Positions 1-9,537 of a stretch of DNA of 64,000 nt are shown here, in pieces. Location of the stretch: the NCBI GenBank assembly GCA_048885865.1, contig JBHLLF010000018.1:1-64000 (forward strand). Direction: 5' to 3'. A program made the translations under genes and the position numbers. Source of the stretch: Candidatus Hermodarchaeota archaeon (GTDB lineage Archaea; Asgardarchaeota; Thorarchaeia; Thorarchaeales; Thorarchaeaceae). Under the pieces are notes generated by a model. That model did no database searches and was not told the origin of the DNA. It was given only the letters and a program-made list of their open reading frames with translations. The number at the start of each line of letters is the position of its first letter. Within the stretch, counting starts at the first letter, position 1.

Positions 1-540
1 CGCTTCCGCGGCACTTTTCAACTTTCGCTCGCGCTACATAGTTTACTATCGGTTTGGCTGAGTATTTAGGCTTCGCAAATTGCACTTGCGACTTTCACGC
101 GAGAAAACCAACCCGCGCTACTCGGGATCTCTAAACATGCCCGTGGTTTACGCCTACGGGGATATCACCCTCTGTGTCACGTCATTCCAGACGATTTCAG
201 CTTAGACACGTCGGCACTAAGTTCAGAGCCCACACACCACATCCCCTCACACTCTTCGCGTGAGGATTCGGTTTGGCCTTTTCCGCTTTCGCTCGCTGTT
301 ACTCACGGAATCACTATTGTTTTCTTTTCCTGCCCGTACTAAGATGCTTCAGTTCCGAGCGTTCCCCTTCCAGTTGTGACACTGGAATGACAGGGGGTAT
401 TAGCCCCAGCCAGGAAGTCCAATTCGGGGATCCTGGGATCAAAGGCTTCATGCGCCTACCCCAGGCTTTTCGCAGCTCGTGACGCCCTTCATCGGCTAGC
501 CAACCAAGTCATCCACCAGCAACCGTACAGCATATTGTAG
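1..540 (-). rRNA. rrl: 23S rRNA, 5' portion (continues past the window start)
   Basis: The reverse complement has conserved LSU 5' motifs: GGTGGATGACTTGG (510-517 region), GCCGATGAAGGGCGT, GAACTGAAGCATCTTAGTA, AGCGAGCGAAAGCGGAA, ACCGATAGT. The 5' end is estimated about 22 nt upstream of GGTGGATG. Confidence 0.95.
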
Positions 541-871
541 TCTTACTCTTGTGACCGGCACAGTATTACCTGTTGTCAAGGAGTTGTAACCATCGGTTGA
601 TTACGATTGTAACCCTAATCTTTGGTTGTGTATCAAAATCGAACATACATTTTGTGTACGTATGCCTTCATCCTCTGCAATCTCCACACATCGACCCTCA
701 GTGCACGGCACATCAATGAGCCATATGCTTCGACGGTCCTCCATCGGGAATGACTCCGTCCTCCGGTCTGGTCCCGATGGGCCTTCCTCCATGCTAACCA
801 CGGAGTCCGGACCTCACACGCACGCACCACTATGTTTGTGGGGTGCGCTCCGTCAGCCGTCATGACTGACG

Positions 872-882
872 TTTTAAAGCTT
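872..882 (-). promoter_or_regulatory. Candidate TATA box P2 of the 23S rRNA gene (AAGCTTTAAAA)
   Basis: AT-rich TATA-like element about 330 nt upstream of the mature 23S; shares AAGCTTTA with a second element at 985-996. Confidence 0.4.
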
Positions 883-984
883 GCTGTACGCCGAGGTTCG
901 CCAGAACGGCTCATGGCGACCTTCTATAGCCGCCAGACAACGCCTTCTCTACTCGACGAAAGCACACTATCTGTCCATCAATCC

Positions 985-996
985 AAGATAAAGCTT
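985..996 (-). promoter_or_regulatory. Candidate TATA box P1 of the 23S rRNA gene (AAGCTTTATCTT)
   Basis: Second AAGCTTTA element; tandem promoters are typical of archaeal rRNA genes. Confidence 0.35.
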
Positions 997-1102
997 ACGC
1001 CCGATGCACAGGTTTTGTGGCCTTTAGGTACAAGTTTCACTCCAACGAGCCTTTTATCACATATGACATCTATAGATTCTCTCTGAGGGCGGCGCGACTG
1101 CT

Positions 1103-1729
1103 ATGACTACCAATAACATCTACCAGGACCTATATGGTGCGAGTCCAGGAGTCATAGCTGCGATTATGGGACTCTTCACGTTGTTGACGCCGTATGGAGT
1201 TGTGCCTGGTTGGTGGTTTCTTGGTAGCGACTCAGTATATCCTGAAGCGAATATTCTATACTCACTTTTTTGGGTGCTTAGCCTCCAACCCACAAACGTG
1301 GGACTTCATAACTTTGTGGCCTACAATCCGGCTCTTCTCTGGACAACACTACCCCTCAGTCTGCCCAATGTCATTTTTGCTGTGAGAGTTGTGCGATACT
1401 ACCAGAATCGAGCTAGTAAAGACAGTGTGCTGAGATGGGCGCTGATTGCGCTTTTTATACCTATGCTCCTTCTGTGCATTGAATTACTATGGATTCTAGA
1501 GATACTCTACGAAACTACTGATTTCATCTATTATGGACCAATTCCAATTCAGATTGCAGTGGGACTGTTCATTTTGTACCGTATCCAAGCCCCAGAGCTG
1601 GTTACTCCATGGACAGAACCCGACCGGGATGAATCATGGTGGATAGAAGAAGATATCGAAGAGCCCTGTGTTGGAAAGCTCTTCATCACAATGGAAGAAC
1701 TTGACGAGATGTACAAGATATGGGACTGA
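1103..1729 (+). CDS. Hypothetical membrane protein
   Basis: 208-aa ORF with about 4-5 hydrophobic segments and an acidic C-terminal tail. Confidence 0.7.
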   Translation: MTTNNIYQDLYGASPGVIAAIMGLFTLLTPYGVVPGWWFLGSDSVYPEANILYSLFWVLSLQPTNVGLHNFVAYNPALLWTTLPLSLPNVIFAVRVVRYYQNRASKDSVLRWALIALFIPMLLLCIELLWILEILYETTDFIYYGPIPIQIAVGLFILYRIQAPELVTPWTEPDRDESWWIEEDIEEPCVGKLFITMEELDEMYKIWD

Positions 1730-1758
1730 TTTGCTTGGAGTGACTGCAAAGCTTCTAT

Positions 1759-2463
1759 CTATCCAAAGAGCGCGTTCTTCTGAATTTCTATCAGTTCTCG
1801 AATGCCTTTGGACGCAAGGTCAAGCAGTTTGTCGAGCTCTCCTCTCGCGAAAGTTGCGCCCTCACCTGTGCCCTGCACCTCAACGAACTCGTCGTCGCGC
1901 ATGACTATGTTCATGTCAACATCTGCATGGGCATCCTCCTTATAGCAGAGGTCGAGAAGCAGTTCACCCTTCACAACGCCCACACTCACTGCAGCAACAT
2001 GACCAAGGATTGGTGCTTCTTGGATCATGTCCATGTCAATCATATATTGAAGGGCATCGCAGAGAGCTACATATGCTCCGGTTATCGAACAGGTTCTTGT
2101 GCCTCCATCTGCTTGAATCACGTCACAGTCTATTCTGATGGTGTTCTCACCTAATCTTTTCATGTCGACAGCACTACGCAGAGACCGCCCAATGAGCCTC
2201 TGAATCTCAGCACCCCGACCGCTCATCCTGTTTCTATTAGTTCGGTCTTCTGTGGCTCTGGGGAGCATCGCATATTCGGCCGTGACCCACCCCTGCCCTT
2301 GATTATTGAGCCAACCAGGAACTCCTTCTTCCACCGTGGCAGTGCATATCACTTTGGTCTCTCCAGTGCTTATCAGTACCGAACCCTCGGGATACTTGAG
2401 AAAGTCACGTACAATCTCAACGGGTCTAAGAGCGTCATTTGCACGTCCATCTAGTCGGGTCAC
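1759..2463 (-). CDS. rph: Ribonuclease PH (bacterial type)
   Basis: Motifs [52 protein letters not shown]. Confidence 0.93.
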   Translation of the reverse strand: MTRLDGRANDALRPVEIVRDFLKYPEGSVLISTGETKVICTATVEEGVPGWLNNQGQGWVTAEYAMLPRATEDRTNRNRMSGRGAEIQRLIGRSLRSAVDMKRLGENTIRIDCDVIQADGGTRTCSITGAYVALCDALQYMIDMDMIQEAPILGHVAAVSVGVVKGELLLDLCYKEDAHADVDMNIVMRDDEFVEVQGTGEGATFARGELDKLLDLASKGIRELIEIQKNALFG

Positions 2464-2604
2464 TGACTACAACTCCGATTTCACTGGTCGCATCCGTTCC
2501 TATTATTTCCCACGGGCGAATACTTCCACTAGATAGCTTTATTGACAAGCCCCTGCAAATACTGACCCAAGTCGAAATAGTATACAAGACGAAGAGGAGA
2601 TGTC

Positions 2605-3627
2605 GTGTTCGATCTACAGAGGAAGTTCAATACAGCACTGGATGACACAGTGAATGAGTGGAAGAAACACGACAGTGTGAAAGGAATCTTTGTCTATGGT
2701 TCATTTGCACGCGGCACAATAACCGCCAACTCGGATCTGAATATCGGAGTAATCTGGGATGATGTGGAGTCTCCAGCTCCGCTCCTGGCTGAGCATAAGG
2801 GCATACGTGTTGATATGACCTTCATCACTCCAGTAAGGATTGAAGAGGTGCTTGAAGGGAAGACAAGTGATGCTTTGCGTGTTGCACAGATTGTTGCGAT
2901 GTTGAGGAATGCCAAGGTAGTCCATGATAAGAAAGGAATGCTGAAGAAGTGGCAGAAGACAGCAGCGAACTTTGTATGGTCTGAAGATGCAATTGACAAC
3001 ATGAAACAACGGGCCATGCTGGCGCTTAACAATGCTACAAAAGCAGCTGAGGCGGAAGATACAATCAGCGCAATCCATGAATTACGGAGTGCCCTCTTTG
3101 ACCTTGGAAGGGTCATTGTGATGAAGAATAACTACTTCTCAATAATGAAACCATCAGAGGTTCTCACAGAAATACGACTCTTGGACCCATTGGCATATCC
3201 TCTCTTTCTCCGAACCTTTAAGCTGAAAGGTATGGAAGAAGAAGATCTCATGGAAACCCTAGGAGAGCTTGAGGAATGGATTGGGATAGCAGAGGGACGG
3301 TTTGGAGAAGGAACAGTTGATGAGTATGCAACAGACCTGCTGACAAGGGCTCAGCGGGAGTATCATGGCGCAATGAATTGTACACTATCCGGAGACTATG
3401 AACTCGCTGTACTCGAAATGCGAAGAGCCGTGGACAGCATTGGGAGAGCATTAATGGCACTCGCAGGAAAGTTTGAGGTTGATCAGACGAGCTTCGTTCA
3501 AGAACTCAAGGAGAATGAACCAGTATTCTATGAGAACATTCTTGTGCGTTATGGTGCATTCGAGTTCACAATGAAGGGGGTTCAGAGGAGTATAGGAGAG
3601 GCACAGTTCATAGCCCAACGACTCTAG
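2605..3627 (+). CDS. Pol-beta-type nucleotidyltransferase domain plus two HEPN-like helical domains
   Basis: FVYGSFARG...SDLNIGV motif followed by two similar helical repeats (AEDTISAIHELRSALFDLGR / SGDYELAVLEMRRAVDSIGR). Confidence 0.7.
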   Translation: MFDLQRKFNTALDDTVNEWKKHDSVKGIFVYGSFARGTITANSDLNIGVIWDDVESPAPLLAEHKGIRVDMTFITPVRIEEVLEGKTSDALRVAQIVAMLRNAKVVHDKKGMLKKWQKTAANFVWSEDAIDNMKQRAMLALNNATKAAEAEDTISAIHELRSALFDLGRVIVMKNNYFSIMKPSEVLTEIRLLDPLAYPLFLRTFKLKGMEEEDLMETLGELEEWIGIAEGRFGEGTVDEYATDLLTRAQREYHGAMNCTLSGDYELAVLEMRRAVDSIGRALMALAGKFEVDQTSFVQELKENEPVFYENILVRYGAFEFTMKGVQRSIGEAQFIAQRL

Positions 3628-3683
3628 AACCTTGTCAGGTTAGATTGATTAGGTGAGAGGCAATTCACCCGACTCGCGTCAAA

Positions 3684-4226
3684 ATGACATCCGACTCGAA
3701 ATCCGAGATTCTGAAGCTCACCAGTGTCACTTTGAGTAGAGACAAGCAAGACAAGATTGATTTGGAATTTGACAGATATTCAAAGGCAGTCAATTATGTC
3801 ATTAGAGCCATCCTAAAGAATCACATCTCATCCGGTAGGAAAACCTTCGAAGTTCTCGAGGGAGAAATCTCTAGCCAATTTGACCAAAGACATCAGTATG
3901 TGAGGGATGTTGTCAAGACTGCATGGGGAGAAGTCAGAGAGCATCGGAGATTGGCCCAGACTGTAAGGAGTATGCGTGACAAGGCTCCTGTCTTCAGAGC
4001 AGGAAGGATGATTTTCTCCCAACCAATTGTATCAGTCAACGAGAAGGGAGTGCATCTGCAGACAGCAAATAGGGAAAATGTGCCAATACCGTTCGATAAG
4101 AGGAGTCGGAATCGGTTGATAGACGATCTCGAGTCAATTTCTCGTGGAAAAACAGTATATGGAAGAGTCAGGCTCACCTGGAACAAAGAAGGATACATGG
4201 ACATTGACATTCGCATTGAGAGCTGA
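3684..4226 (+). CDS. TnpB/Cas12f-like N-terminal (WED/REC) protein lacking RuvC
   Basis: Pattern LKLTSVTL...RYSKAVNYVI...QYVRDVVKTA...APVF...VPIPF...VRLTWNKEGYMDIDIRI resembles the N-terminal half of IS200/IS605 TnpB; the ORF stops before RuvC-I. Confidence 0.55.
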   Translation: MTSDSKSEILKLTSVTLSRDKQDKIDLEFDRYSKAVNYVIRAILKNHISSGRKTFEVLEGEISSQFDQRHQYVRDVVKTAWGEVREHRRLAQTVRSMRDKAPVFRAGRMIFSQPIVSVNEKGVHLQTANRENVPIPFDKRSRNRLIDDLESISRGKTVYGRVRLTWNKEGYMDIDIRIES

Positions 4227-4242
4227 GGGCCTAACTTTCGCC

Positions 4243-5133
4243 CTATGTTTCATAATCCCAAAATGTCAATGCGCCTGAGTAATCAGTTGTATAGAACCCT
4301 GAGCCTTTGGGATTCCATCTTATTGATGAAATTCCAGTGAGCAAGCGATCCTGATTCTTCACCTTTCGCTTTTTGATTGACCAAACCTTAACAGACCGGT
4401 CCCAACTTCCAGATGCAAGATACGTGTTGGATGGGTCAATTGCGAGAGAAGTCACTATATCTGAGTGACTCGTCATTTCGATGACGTCCTTTGGGTTCTC
4501 AGGATCGATTGAAAGAATGACGCCATTGTGCAATCCGAGAAAGACTTTCGAACTGTCGTGTGTCACTGCTATTGACCTGATTCTTTCTTTCTGTTTGGCA
4601 ATGGAGGCTAGAAACTCAAAACTACTGAGGTCAAAGAGCTTACATTCCCCGTCCCATGAAGCTGTCACTAGCACAGACTCTTCACGTGCGAATACAAGAC
4701 CTGATACATCAGTTCTGTGAGCCTGAATATTCCTGTAGTTCCTCATGCTGTTGGTATAAAACACCTTGACTTCTCCATCTCGCGTGCCGGCAGCACCCCT
4801 GGCCTTTTCAGTTCCAACAGTTAGTGCCTTGACCTCGGAATTGTGTCGAAGGACAGGTATGTCTTTGGCAGGCCCAGTTGAGGTCCATCTACGTGTTGTG
4901 CAGTCCCAGCTTGTTGACACCAGTCCCTTTCCCCCATCAATGAAAGATACACCCGATACAGCAGCGTCATGTCCCTTCAGTATCCGTTTTTGATTTCCAG
5001 ATACTGAATCAAGAATGAAGATTTGTGAGTCCATTGTGCCACAAGCAATACGCTTTCCTCGAGGGTCCACTGCCATACAGGTTAGTGGTGGAATTTGAGT
5101 CTCAGTAGGCCTGAAAATGAGGGTCTTCTTCAA
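4243..5133 (-). CDS. WD40-repeat beta-propeller protein
   Basis: Repeated GH/H...SWD...W units (GHDAAVSGV..TSWDCT, AHRTDVSGL..ASWDGE, SHSDIVTSL..GSWDRS). Confidence 0.92.
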   Translation of the reverse strand: MKKTLIFRPTETQIPPLTCMAVDPRGKRIACGTMDSQIFILDSVSGNQKRILKGHDAAVSGVSFIDGGKGLVSTSWDCTTRRWTSTGPAKDIPVLRHNSEVKALTVGTEKARGAAGTRDGEVKVFYTNSMRNYRNIQAHRTDVSGLVFAREESVLVTASWDGECKLFDLSSFEFLASIAKQKERIRSIAVTHDSSKVFLGLHNGVILSIDPENPKDVIEMTSHSDIVTSLAIDPSNTYLASGSWDRSVKVWSIKKRKVKNQDRLLTGISSIRWNPKGSGFYTTDYSGALTFWDYET

Positions 5134-5202
5134 CCTTATTCACCCTGAGGAGGACTTTCAGAGGCTTATTCCATCACACCCTCTAAAATGTGTGTAACAT
5201 CA

Positions 5203-6219
5203 TCATTTCTTCAAACGACTATACACGAATAGAGCTGCAACCCCAACAACGCCCAAGATTAAAACATAGTAGCTGACTGGAAAGTTAGGAGAGAAGGGAA
5301 TATTTGTTCCAGAGTGAGTCACTAAATGGGTTTCTACAACTTCTCCTACTATCTGCAGGCTCTCTGCGCTGCATCTCTCAGGAATATCATCAACCGTATG
5401 CCAAGTTGCTGGGAAGGGATTGTGATGAATAATATCCACAGAAGGAATGCCAGCATCAAGGAATGGTTTGTGGTCATCAAGGATTGAAGCTCCAGGTGAA
5501 TCTAGGAATGTATCCTGATAGCCCATTTCTGCTGCCAGTGACCAAATTAAATCTTGAAGAGATCTTATCGAACTGCTTTCACGTTGAAGGCGAAGATCAC
5601 TGTCCCCAATCATATCGAGAAGAATCATAGAGCTGATGTAGGATACACGGCTAGGAGTTAACTGATCGACATAGTAGGTAGACCCAACAATCCATTCCCA
5701 CCCGTCTATGTAACCTGAGTCCTCAGCGTCAAAGAAGACCAGTTCTACTTCATCTCTGACCTCGATAGGCAATACACGGGCCATCTCAAGAAGCACTGCG
5801 GTTCCACTGGCTCCATCATTAGCTCCCAAGACAGGTCTGCTTCGATTCGCAGGGTCTGGGTCATTATCTGCAAAAGGGCGTGTATCGTAATGTGCACCCA
5901 AAATCACTGTGCCATTCCGTATTGGACCGTACCATGCAATAATATTGGCGCACGAAACATCCCGGTAGGTGAAGTTCTGGAGAGTTGTATTCCATCCATA
6001 ACTCTCCAGAGTATCAACAATGTACTCTCTACACCGGGATAGATTGTCAGAACCGGGCGGTCTAGACCCAAAATCACATTGTGCTAATAGATGAAACATA
6101 GCGTTCGTTCCATCGAATTCTGGAACGTAACTGACCTGCTGCGCGCTTCTACTTGAGAGGGGAATTATTAGAAGCATCAGAATGGCCCACGTGACTCTCA
6201 TTCTTCCACAGTCCGACAC
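5203..6219 (-). CDS. M28-family peptidase / glutaminyl-cyclase-like, with signal peptide and C-terminal membrane anchor
   Basis: GAHYDTR, GANDGASG, FFDAED, DMIGD, DDHKPF and WHT motifs; hydrophobic N- and C-termini. Confidence 0.88.
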   Translation of the reverse strand: MSDCGRMRVTWAILMLLIIPLSSRSAQQVSYVPEFDGTNAMFHLLAQCDFGSRPPGSDNLSRCREYIVDTLESYGWNTTLQNFTYRDVSCANIIAWYGPIRNGTVILGAHYDTRPFADNDPDPANRSRPVLGANDGASGTAVLLEMARVLPIEVRDEVELVFFDAEDSGYIDGWEWIVGSTYYVDQLTPSRVSYISSMILLDMIGDSDLRLQRESSSIRSLQDLIWSLAAEMGYQDTFLDSPGASILDDHKPFLDAGIPSVDIIHHNPFPATWHTVDDIPERCSAESLQIVGEVVETHLVTHSGTNIPFSPNFPVSYYVLILGVVGVAALFVYSRLKK

Positions 6220-6249
6220 CCAGCCTTCCTTCCGGCCCTATGAACCTTT

Positions 6250-7470
6250 TCAGGAGGAATGATTCAGCCTTGACCGCACCTGTTGTTTAAGAAATCTTGG
6301 CAGCTCTTGTGGGAGATCTTTGAGTATAGTATATGGAATTGCCGAGTAGCCAATTTCGCCTCTAGCAAGCTTCGCCAGAATATCTGAAGCGAGATGATAC
6401 GATGCCGCTGTCTTAAGGACGGTTTCAGCAAAAGTGGTCCCCCTTAGTCCAGCCCACTCAGCCATTGCAAAGTTTGCTTCGAACTCTCTCTTGCAGAGGC
6501 GATGGTATTGCTCAAGATAGTGGCTATCGTAACGACCAAACTCTGCAGCTCTGGCAATAACATCTGCTGCATGGATGCCCGATTTCATAGCATAAGCAAT
6601 GCCTTCACCCATCATTGGATCAACAAAACCAGCTGCATCTCCAACAAGGAGAGCTCGATCAGTGACATTTCTGCTTGACACACCATCAGCACCAAGGAAA
6701 TGCACTCGACGTTTCTCTAGTTTGAGTGGGATTCCGATTCTTTGCTCTATTTTCTTCCAAAAGGCGTCAAATGCTGGACGAAGCGGATACATGTGCACTG
6801 CAGCCCCAGCGATTCCGATACAGAGGTGTTCCCTTTTCGGAAACATCCATCCATAAGCCACTCGGCCTTCCACTGGTACAATCTCAAGAATGGATGGTTT
6901 GCCGTTCGTAGCAGTCAGGACTCCTTCTTCGCCCACATGGAAGTCACTCTCCATTCCAAGACCGACACGATTGAGGTTTTTCCTTGCTGGCCTGAGACCT
7001 AAGGATTTGGCTACTATGGAATTGACTCCATCTGCACCGACAAGAAATCGAGCCCTGATTTCCTGACCATCTGCCGTCTGAACTACTGCGTTCTTTGGCC
7101 CAGTGGATGCGTGTTTGACCTTTGTCAACTCCTTTATCTCTACGCCTGCATCCACGGCTCGCCTTGCAAGGAACTCGTCGAAACGTTCTCTGAACACCGT
7201 TATTCCAATCAGCTTCTCAGAGGGAAATTCAGCTGCACCACCACTTGGAAGAATAAACCTAAGACCAGTAATACGTCGTTCGACAAGACTAACAGGCAAC
7301 TTTCCTCGCAATATATGAAGTCCTCTGTACATAACAGCCCCACCGCAAGCCTTCTCTCTAGGATGCTTTGACTTCTCTAATAGAAGTGTCTTGAGTCCAG
7401 CTTTAGCACAATCATGGGCAGTAATAGAGCCAGCCGGACCAGCACCCACAACTATTACGTCATAGGACAA
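6250..7470 (-). CDS. Geranylgeranyl reductase family flavoprotein
   Basis: GAGPAGS, KACGG, GADG, YGWMFPK, GDAAGFVDPMMGEGI. Confidence 0.9.
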   Translation of the reverse strand: MSYDVIVVGAGPAGSITAHDCAKAGLKTLLLEKSKHPREKACGGAVMYRGLHILRGKLPVSLVERRITGLRFILPSGGAAEFPSEKLIGITVFRERFDEFLARRAVDAGVEIKELTKVKHASTGPKNAVVQTADGQEIRARFLVGADGVNSIVAKSLGLRPARKNLNRVGLGMESDFHVGEEGVLTATNGKPSILEIVPVEGRVAYGWMFPKREHLCIGIAGAAVHMYPLRPAFDAFWKKIEQRIGIPLKLEKRRVHFLGADGVSSRNVTDRALLVGDAAGFVDPMMGEGIAYAMKSGIHAADVIARAAEFGRYDSHYLEQYHRLCKREFEANFAMAEWAGLRGTTFAETVLKTAASYHLASDILAKLARGEIGYSAIPYTILKDLPQELPRFLKQQVRSRLNHSS

Positions 7471-7524
7471 CTTTCCGAGGTTCCTCCCACTCAGGATTTC
7501 GTTAGCGACCTTTGATTAGTGTTC

Positions 7525-8367
7525 TCATTTAGATTTACTGTTCTGCCGCACAACTTCAAAGGCCGCATTGTCATTCCAATCGTCCCCGATTCCTAGCTTT
7601 CTGCGTATAAGGGGCTCATAATCGGGATTGATTTCGTAACCAATAGAATTTCTTCCCAGTTTCCTTGCCGCAGCCATAGTAGTCCCTGTACCTGCAAAGG
7701 GATCAAGAACTGTGTCTCCAACAAAAGAATATAGACGAATGCACCTTCGAGGTAGTTCTTCTGGAAATGGAGCTGGATGGCCCTCTTGCTTTGCAGACGC
7801 AGGCTGAAATTCCCAGATTGAGTTTTGAGCCCAATTTGTAAACTCCTCATGACTGATTACTGATGATTCCTTGACCTCACTACTCACTGAAGGTCGCTGG
7901 CCTTCCTTTGAAAAAACTACAATCCACTCATAGGGATATGAAGACAGAATGTTCGGGGGATATGGATAAGAACCCCACGAACTGAATCTTGCTGCCTTGC
8001 GCTTGTCCCATACAAAAAGGGAGTGAAAATACATGTTGCCTAATGAGTCCATGAAAGTTTCCAAGTCCGTAATGACGGTCTTTGTGACGCGTCGCTTGAA
8101 CTTGGAGTTCTTCCCAGTCAGGAACAATGGCATGATGTTTATGATTAGCTTGCCATCAGGTACTAATTTCTTCACGCACTCCTTAAACACCTGACAGATG
8201 TCTGACAGGTATTCTTCATAGGATGTGGAACCTTGACCTATCTCCACTCCATTGCCATAGTCCTTTAGACGCCAATACGGTGGAGATGTCACAACGAGAT
8301 GAACAGATGCATCCTTCACATGTTCCATTGCTCGACTGTCCCCAATGACAACTAGGTGTTCGGTCAT
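7525..8367 (-). CDS. Site-specific DNA methyltransferase (beta class, N4C/N6A)
   Basis: TSPPY at the N-terminus; HPAPFP and VLDPFAGTGTT at the C-terminus. Confidence 0.92.
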   Translation of the reverse strand: MTEHLVVIGDSRAMEHVKDASVHLVVTSPPYWRLKDYGNGVEIGQGSTSYEEYLSDICQVFKECVKKLVPDGKLIINIMPLFLTGKNSKFKRRVTKTVITDLETFMDSLGNMYFHSLFVWDKRKAARFSSWGSYPYPPNILSSYPYEWIVVFSKEGQRPSVSSEVKESSVISHEEFTNWAQNSIWEFQPASAKQEGHPAPFPEELPRRCIRLYSFVGDTVLDPFAGTGTTMAAARKLGRNSIGYEINPDYEPLIRRKLGIGDDWNDNAAFEVVRQNSKSK

Positions 8368-8371
8368 AGTG

Positions 8372-9526
8372 TCATCTGCTCCGGTCTAGGTCCCAAACAA
8401 TGACCTGTTCCTTTCGATGCGTTTTGTTGATCTTGTCCCACATCTTGCTCGGGGTGCTAGTATACGATCTTTCAACGATATACGGTTCGTTCCATGGTGC
8501 AATCTCTGTAAAGAATTCGGACCCACGAATCAGTTCTCTATGAACCATCCTGTCCCCAACAACAAATATGATGATGGCGTCCTCCCTGACGACTCTGTCG
8601 ATCGCCTTCAGAGCCAGTTTCATGTCATCTCTGTAGGTCGAGTATCTTTGAATGAGTCCATCACGAACTGCTCCGCGGTCAATTCCAAGCACCTCCATGA
8701 CTATCTTCGTGTAGTACCCAGTGTAGTCAAGGGCATCGAAATATGGGGGACTACTGTAGACCACATCAATAGAATTCTCAGGAATGATGTCATAGATTCG
8801 CCGGGTATCATATTGATGAATTCTCGCATGTGGCTGACCTCTGACGTAGATGATGTGTTTACGCGCTTTGCGCATGACAATCTTGTAGAAGTCTACTTCA
8901 CGAAGAGGAGGATTGAGCTTCCCGATTGATGTTGATGTCCAGATCCAGCCATTGCACGCACGCGCGGCGACGCAGATAGAGCCGTATAGGATGGACTTCT
9001 CGAATGCTGAAAAACATCCGGAAACTGATAGCATCCGCATTATCTGATCTGCGGTTTCTGGATGAAAATAGCGCGATGGCGTAGATGGCATTGACAGATG
9101 CGGGTTGAATCGCTTTGCTTCCTCTAGCGCTGATTCAAGATTAGAGATAGTAGCATCAATATCGAGAGGCTCGGTCTTGCCACGAGCTATTTCACACGCA
9201 ACTGGATTATTGTCCACACCAATAGCGTTCATCCCTCTTGCCTGCGCCTCATAGACGATGGTTCCAGTTCCACAAAATGGGTCTAGAAGAGTATCAGTAG
9301 AGCTGAGCTGGCCTATGATATGAGCGGCATCAATGGCGGACATCTTGCCGCGATAGGGGTATATTCCGTGGATTGATTTCGGGTTACTGACCTTCTCAAA
9401 GCTCCTTAGGGTGATGGACTGATTGGTTCCAATAGGTCTGCACTCTGCTAGCTCAGTTTCATCCATGGTGGGAGAGGTATCATTTGGTACTCTAAAAAGG
9501 TGTGCAATAGCATGGGGCGATGACAC
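8372..9526 (-). CDS. DNA methyltransferase (alpha class, SPPY type)
   Basis: HGIYPYRGK and LLDPFCGTGT precede YSSPPY. Confidence 0.85.
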   Translation of the reverse strand: MSSPHAIAHLFRVPNDTSPTMDETELAECRPIGTNQSITLRSFEKVSNPKSIHGIYPYRGKMSAIDAAHIIGQLSSTDTLLDPFCGTGTIVYEAQARGMNAIGVDNNPVACEIARGKTEPLDIDATISNLESALEEAKRFNPHLSMPSTPSRYFHPETADQIMRMLSVSGCFSAFEKSILYGSICVAARACNGWIWTSTSIGKLNPPLREVDFYKIVMRKARKHIIYVRGQPHARIHQYDTRRIYDIIPENSIDVVYSSPPYFDALDYTGYYTKIVMEVLGIDRGAVRDGLIQRYSTYRDDMKLALKAIDRVVREDAIIIFVVGDRMVHRELIRGSEFFTEIAPWNEPYIVERSYTSTPSKMWDKINKTHRKEQVIVWDLDRSR

Positions 9527-9537
9527 AGATTGCTACA

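Noticed and set aside
273-1086. Short ORFs at 273-482, 601-801, 626-865, 633-914 and 832-1086
   Set aside because: They overlap the rRNA or its structured leader and have no protein-like features.
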